Shown: positions 31,501 through 32,000 of the stretch, one piece after another
Position numbering within the stretch: the first letter of the stretch is position 1
How the letters are laid out: every line of letters starts with the position of its first letter
Assembly: GCA_047651235.1 (NCBI GenBank)
Contig: CP178758.1
Location: forward strand, 1,830,001-1,862,000
Origin: Candidatus Electrothrix yaqonensis
GTDB lineage: Bacteria > Desulfobacterota > Desulfobulbia > Desulfobulbales > Desulfobulbaceae
Direction: 5' to 3'
Length of the DNA: 32,000 bases
Program-made: the position numbers and the translations under genes
Notes under the pieces: generated by a model
Databases searched by the model: none
Told to the model about the DNA's origin: nothing
Seen by the model: only the letters and a program-made list of their open reading frames with translations

Positions 31501-32000
31501 GACCGCATCGGGCGTCTTTTCCGCCTGCTCCTCAAAAAGCTGATGAATACATTTATCCTGCGGATACTCAATCTCTGTGCTGTTCCATGCAACCAGCACC
31601 TGATGCTGTTCTTCTGCCGTGAGCAGGGGAAGACGGGCGATCTGCTGTTGTGGATTGTCATTCTCCACCATGCCGGAAAGCAGCACCCTGAAGTTGCCCA
31701 GAAAACGTTCCGCTGTGCTGCGGGAGAACAGTCCGGCATTGTAAACAAAGGTGATCTGCAGACCGTCCTCCTGTGCCTCTGCAAGCACGGCCAAGTCGCA
31801 TTTACTCCAGTATTCCTGGTATTCTTGGTATCCCCGGTACGATTCCGGCTTGTTCTCCGACGAAGTATCCGGGGAAGCCGGGGCATCATACAGCACCAGC
31901 ATCATCCGGCAGGGTGCGTCCGGTTCTTTTTCCGTAGCTTCTTTTGCCTGTTGAACGCGCTCCAGCAATTCCGCAACATGTAGGTCGTCCTCAAGCCGGG
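22591..32000 (-). CDS. Nonribosomal peptide synthetase, 5'-truncated by the window edge: (C)-A-T-C-A-T-C-A-T-TE
   Basis: The frame is open to nt 32000; the track start at 31968 is an internal TTG. The window begins inside a C domain. Three A domains have SGSTG[RK]PKG, GEL[YF][IL]GG, Y[KR]TGD and NGK[VIA]DR motifs. Three carrier motifs are GGHS/GGNS, with Ser codons at 29935-29937, 26743-26745 and 23542-23544. Two C domains have HH motifs at 29359-29364 and 26173-26178. There is a terminal alpha/beta-hydrolase TE. Confidence 0.95.
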   Translation of the reverse strand, partial: RLEDDLHVAELLERVQQAKEATEKEPDAPCRMMLVLYDAPASPDTSSENKPESYRGYQEYQEYWSKCDLAVLAEAQEDGLQITFVYNAGLFSRSTAERFLGNFRVLLSGMVENDNPQQQIARLPLLTAEEQHQVLVAWNSTEIEYPQDKCIHQLFEEQAEKTPDAVALVFQEQELTYQELNRRANQLAHYLQQLSVEPDTPVGISIERSLEMVIGILGILKAGGAYVPIDPAYPEGRIAYMLENSQVPVLLTQKHLQAALPEYQGQVLCLDTDWDSIAAESGENSSGKVQPGDLAYIMYTSGSTGRPKGVLVPHQGLCNLAQYQIRLFDVRPTSRYLQFASLSFDPSISDIITSLCAGARLCLIPPESSRLGAELKELLLQYKITHIDIVPPALATISGEVLPDLRAVIVGGDVCTQELVREWSQGRKIFNTYGPTEATVIATAIAYADTDQKPTIGRPISNTQVYILDRFLQPVPIGVAGELYIGGVGVARGYLNRPELTAESFLPDPFSTEKDAGMYKTGDLARWLPDGEIEFLGRIDHQVKIRGNRIELAEIENTLEKHPEVDHAVVLAHATPAGDKRLAAYTVSAVSGASRPDSDDLRKFLGNALPDYMVPSAFVSLDAFPLTPNGKVDRRALPVPDFSTYVRTTDFVAPRNALEQELAEIWSEVLGLSPLGIHDNFIEVGGHSLLAVRIIALLHERLQAELPLNRLLACPTIAELSGIVSETISSKGDDAGPVLQPISREQNIPLSFGQEQMWLLHQLTPEEPIYNETTSIHFNEKVNIPALEASLTEFIRRHEILRTTYEAVEGRLYQRINPPSFSLPVADLREIPAAEREAEMVRVATEHLRKPFDLEQGPVLRMLLIQFGEKKFRLYFSIHHIISDAESDLVMLREVKAIYTAFCQGRPSPLPELPVQYADFSVWQRQFLKKKNLADQLAYWKKRLENLPRLLLPVDRPRTPRTTSSGSFVRVPYAKDLLKRLTKVAQGEGVTLFTTLATAIKVLLHRYSGQEDILLGTFNSQRDRQELEGLVGYFLNTLVLRSDLDGNPRFRDLLKQVWNTCLSAYANQDVPFQKVVEALNLNFKVNQDPMIQVAFTIDPPLVTGERSDWKAFWFELDPGIAKFDLTFYVFEEQGQTVFLLEYNSELFDRTTAERIAQHFTVLLEGITADPDQKISSLPLLPEQERCQLLIDWNSTQAEYPREKCIQHLFEEQADKTPDAVAVMFEGQELTYRELNCRVNQLAHYLRKQGIQPESLVGICLERSLEMLIGLLGILKAGGAYVPLDPNYPQDRIDYILSDSGAQLLLTSARLLSALPGHADRAVCMDTDQEAISAESQENPEAGVGPDNLSYVIYTSGSTGRPKGVQISHQSLVNFIWSMKTEPGLESSDRLLAVTTICFDIHTLEIYLPLAVGAAVVLASREVAVDGFALAAAMAEYDVTAMQATPATWRMLLLTDWPGKPDLKAICGGEALQRKLADALLEKTGSLWNIYGPTETTVWSTLCEVKPDRPARHEDGPELIGRPIANTQIYIMDRQMQPVPIGVAGELFIGGDGVARGYLNRPELTAERFVDNPFAGSSGSSRLYRTGDLVRYLPDGNIEYLSRIDHQVKLRGFRIELGEIEAALSQDEAVREAAVILHEQEDNKFLAAYLVLSDGQEDTDKIISDLQDRLKLRLPEYMIPTSFTVLASLPLTPNGKIDRRALPVPDASSFVGNAEFVAPRNKLEQQLAEIWSELLGVSPIGVYDNFVELGGHSLLAVRVIMLVKDRLQVELPMRRLFESPTIDKLAGAVREYTGTETGPALQPVARDQNLPLSFGQEQLWLIHQLMPEIPSYNMECSVHIDGQLNLPALENSLTELVRRHEILRTTYPAPNGQPYQKIHPPFPVSLSVIDLQGLSGTEQEAEAQRIAAEEVRKPFDLAQGPVLRTALIRLADTDHRLCLSIHHILADAESLNDILLPELEALYTVFSQGEPSPLTELPVQYADFAAWQRERLRQDVIAEQLAYWKQTLNNAPQLQLPLDRPRTPQMTSAGSVYRIVIPEELTGILKTVSRKEGVTLFMTLVAAFKVLLYRYSTQEDIVIGTVSSQRSTSELQNVIGYFLNTLVLRSDLGGNPGFRNLLKRIQEVTTSAYANQDVPFEMVVDALRPERQLNLTPFFQVLFVFLPPLTGEQLGWSVNEIETHPGTARLDLTFTLEERSEEGIVGQLEYNTDLFDNVTIERMAEHFTVLLEGIAADPDQRITGLPLLTEQERQQVLVDWNSTQVDYPWHKPIHQQVEEQADKTPDAVAAVFEAQELTYRELNSRANQLAHYLRKQGIQPESLVGICIERSFEMIVGLLGILKAGGAYVPLDPGYPQERLEYMIENSEVSVLLTQNRLQADLPEYQGKILCLDTDWETIAAENQEKNQENPVSGITPENLIYVIYTSGSTGKPKGTMNTHKGLINRILWMQDEYRLTPEDRVLQKTPFSFDVSGWEFWWPLIIGSRLVIAKPEGHKDPAYLVELINGQQITVLHFVPSMLQIFLENPAVESCSSLKQVFCSGEALPVSLQERFFTRLQPEQAELHNLYGPTEAAIDVTYWPCQPGTASSTVPIGRPVANTQTYVLDDQMQPVPIGAAGELYLGGVQLARGYLHRPELTAGCFVENPFADDFQSPRLYKTGDLACWRHDGNLEYLGRIDHQIKLRGFRIELGEIEAVLSQHETVGEAVVVLHERGDNKFLAAYITEAGSAHAEISALRAWLGQSLPEYMIPASFTILDSIPLTPNGKADRKALPEPDQGIREVSEKNFVAPSNTLEQQLTAIWEILLQTQPISVRDNFFHLGGNSLLAARLFAEIEKTTDRQLPMSILLEAPTVEQLANVLKQEGYSAPGSTLVPIPPGGSRPPFFFVPQGGSTAVSAGPYREYIGADQPLYGIQPLGFEEGEEPYARVEDMAAYYILKIRKLQPDGPYYLGGPCFGACVSFEMARQLREQGCTVGLVALLDPPDPPVLPNCPTKVTRHKKIGYYARNFLSYSKQGQLLPALTDFLFYRRYYRVKNKFFTLYNKLFPAKINRLEYTLNAHIAAQDEYIPQFYPGKITIFRNEMKLKKLERMDSSTFRDWSAFAGDVDYRIIKGHHLEMFDYPLFPKLAEELRICLEEAQGL
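22594..26590 (-). other. NRPS module x+2: C3-A3-T3-TE (approximate bounds), A3 predicted Ser, TE with Cys nucleophile
   Basis: HHILADAES; FDVSGWE...VLHFVPS...FCSGE...NLYGPTEAAID gives D-V-W-H-F-S-L-I-D-K, matching the remembered Ser code (EntF-like DVWHFSLVDK). The TE motif is LGGPCFGACVSFEMARQL with Cys codon TGT at 23152-23154, and there is a distal GHH. Confidence 0.6.
26640..29770 (-). other. NRPS module x+1: C2-A2-T2 (approximate bounds), A2 predicted Gly
   Basis: HHIISDAES; FDIHTLE...MQATPAT...ICGGE...NIYGPTETTVW gives D-I-L-Q-I-G-I-V-W-K, close to the remembered Gly code DILQLGLIWK. Confidence 0.6.
29830..31560 (-). other. NRPS module x: A1-T1 (approximate bounds)
   Basis: LTYQELNRRANQLAHYL ... 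NGKVDRRALP; EVGGHSLLA. My reading of the specificity residues is D-P-S-D-I-G-T-V-I-K, which I cannot assign to a substrate. Confidence 0.7.

Noticed and set aside
22591-31983. Dozens of ORFs of 60-250 aa on both strands inside the NRPS (for example 25081-25752 +, 30280-30786 +, 31234-31983 +)
   Set aside because: They are all nested within a single uninterrupted 9.4-kb NRPS frame with a full motif complement. They recur at module spacing because the underlying DNA is repeated.

Overview
About 50% GC bacterial chromosomal window; the taxon cannot be established from the sequence alone. It has three parts.

(1) 1-8266, + strand. This is an unusual accessory locus bracketed by AT-rich DNA.
- Four tandem 237-240 nt units of a structured RNA lie at 305-1210. 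Differences between units preserve the base pairing.
- A weak small ORF follows, then an AT-rich promoter region.
- Next come nine genes for small Sec-secreted proteins of one uncharacterised family. They have 35/36-residue 'QG-x-NV' repeats and a Cys next to the C-terminus.
- Six of these genes are nucleotide-identical copies in a perfect 537-bp tandem array (1917-5300).
- The locus ends with a 512-aa lipoprotein. Its N-terminal domain looks CsgG-like and is followed by a peptidoglycan-binding domain and a disordered tail.
- I read this as a candidate undescribed secreted fibre, matrix or amyloid-like system under RNA-based control.

(2) 8416-13177. Housekeeping-type genes: trpS, a MEMO-family (AmmeMemoRadiSam B-like) protein, a CDP-alcohol phosphatidyltransferase, a FabL-type enoyl-ACP reductase and a secreted FGE/SUMF1-domain protein.

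(3) 13244-32000, all on the minus strand.
- A multimodular NRPS runs off the window edge. In the window it reads ...C-A-T-C-A-T-C-A-T-TE.
- Its thioesterase carries Cys instead of Ser at the nucleophile position.
- Downstream, in the same direction, are two sulfotransferases, a MOP/Wzx-type flippase, three GT4 glycosyltransferases, a GT25, a polytopic membrane protein and a WecB/TagA-family transferase.

No rRNA, tRNA, CRISPR array, transposase or integrase was recognised. Many long ORFs in the track are antisense or shadow frames of the real genes and were rejected.
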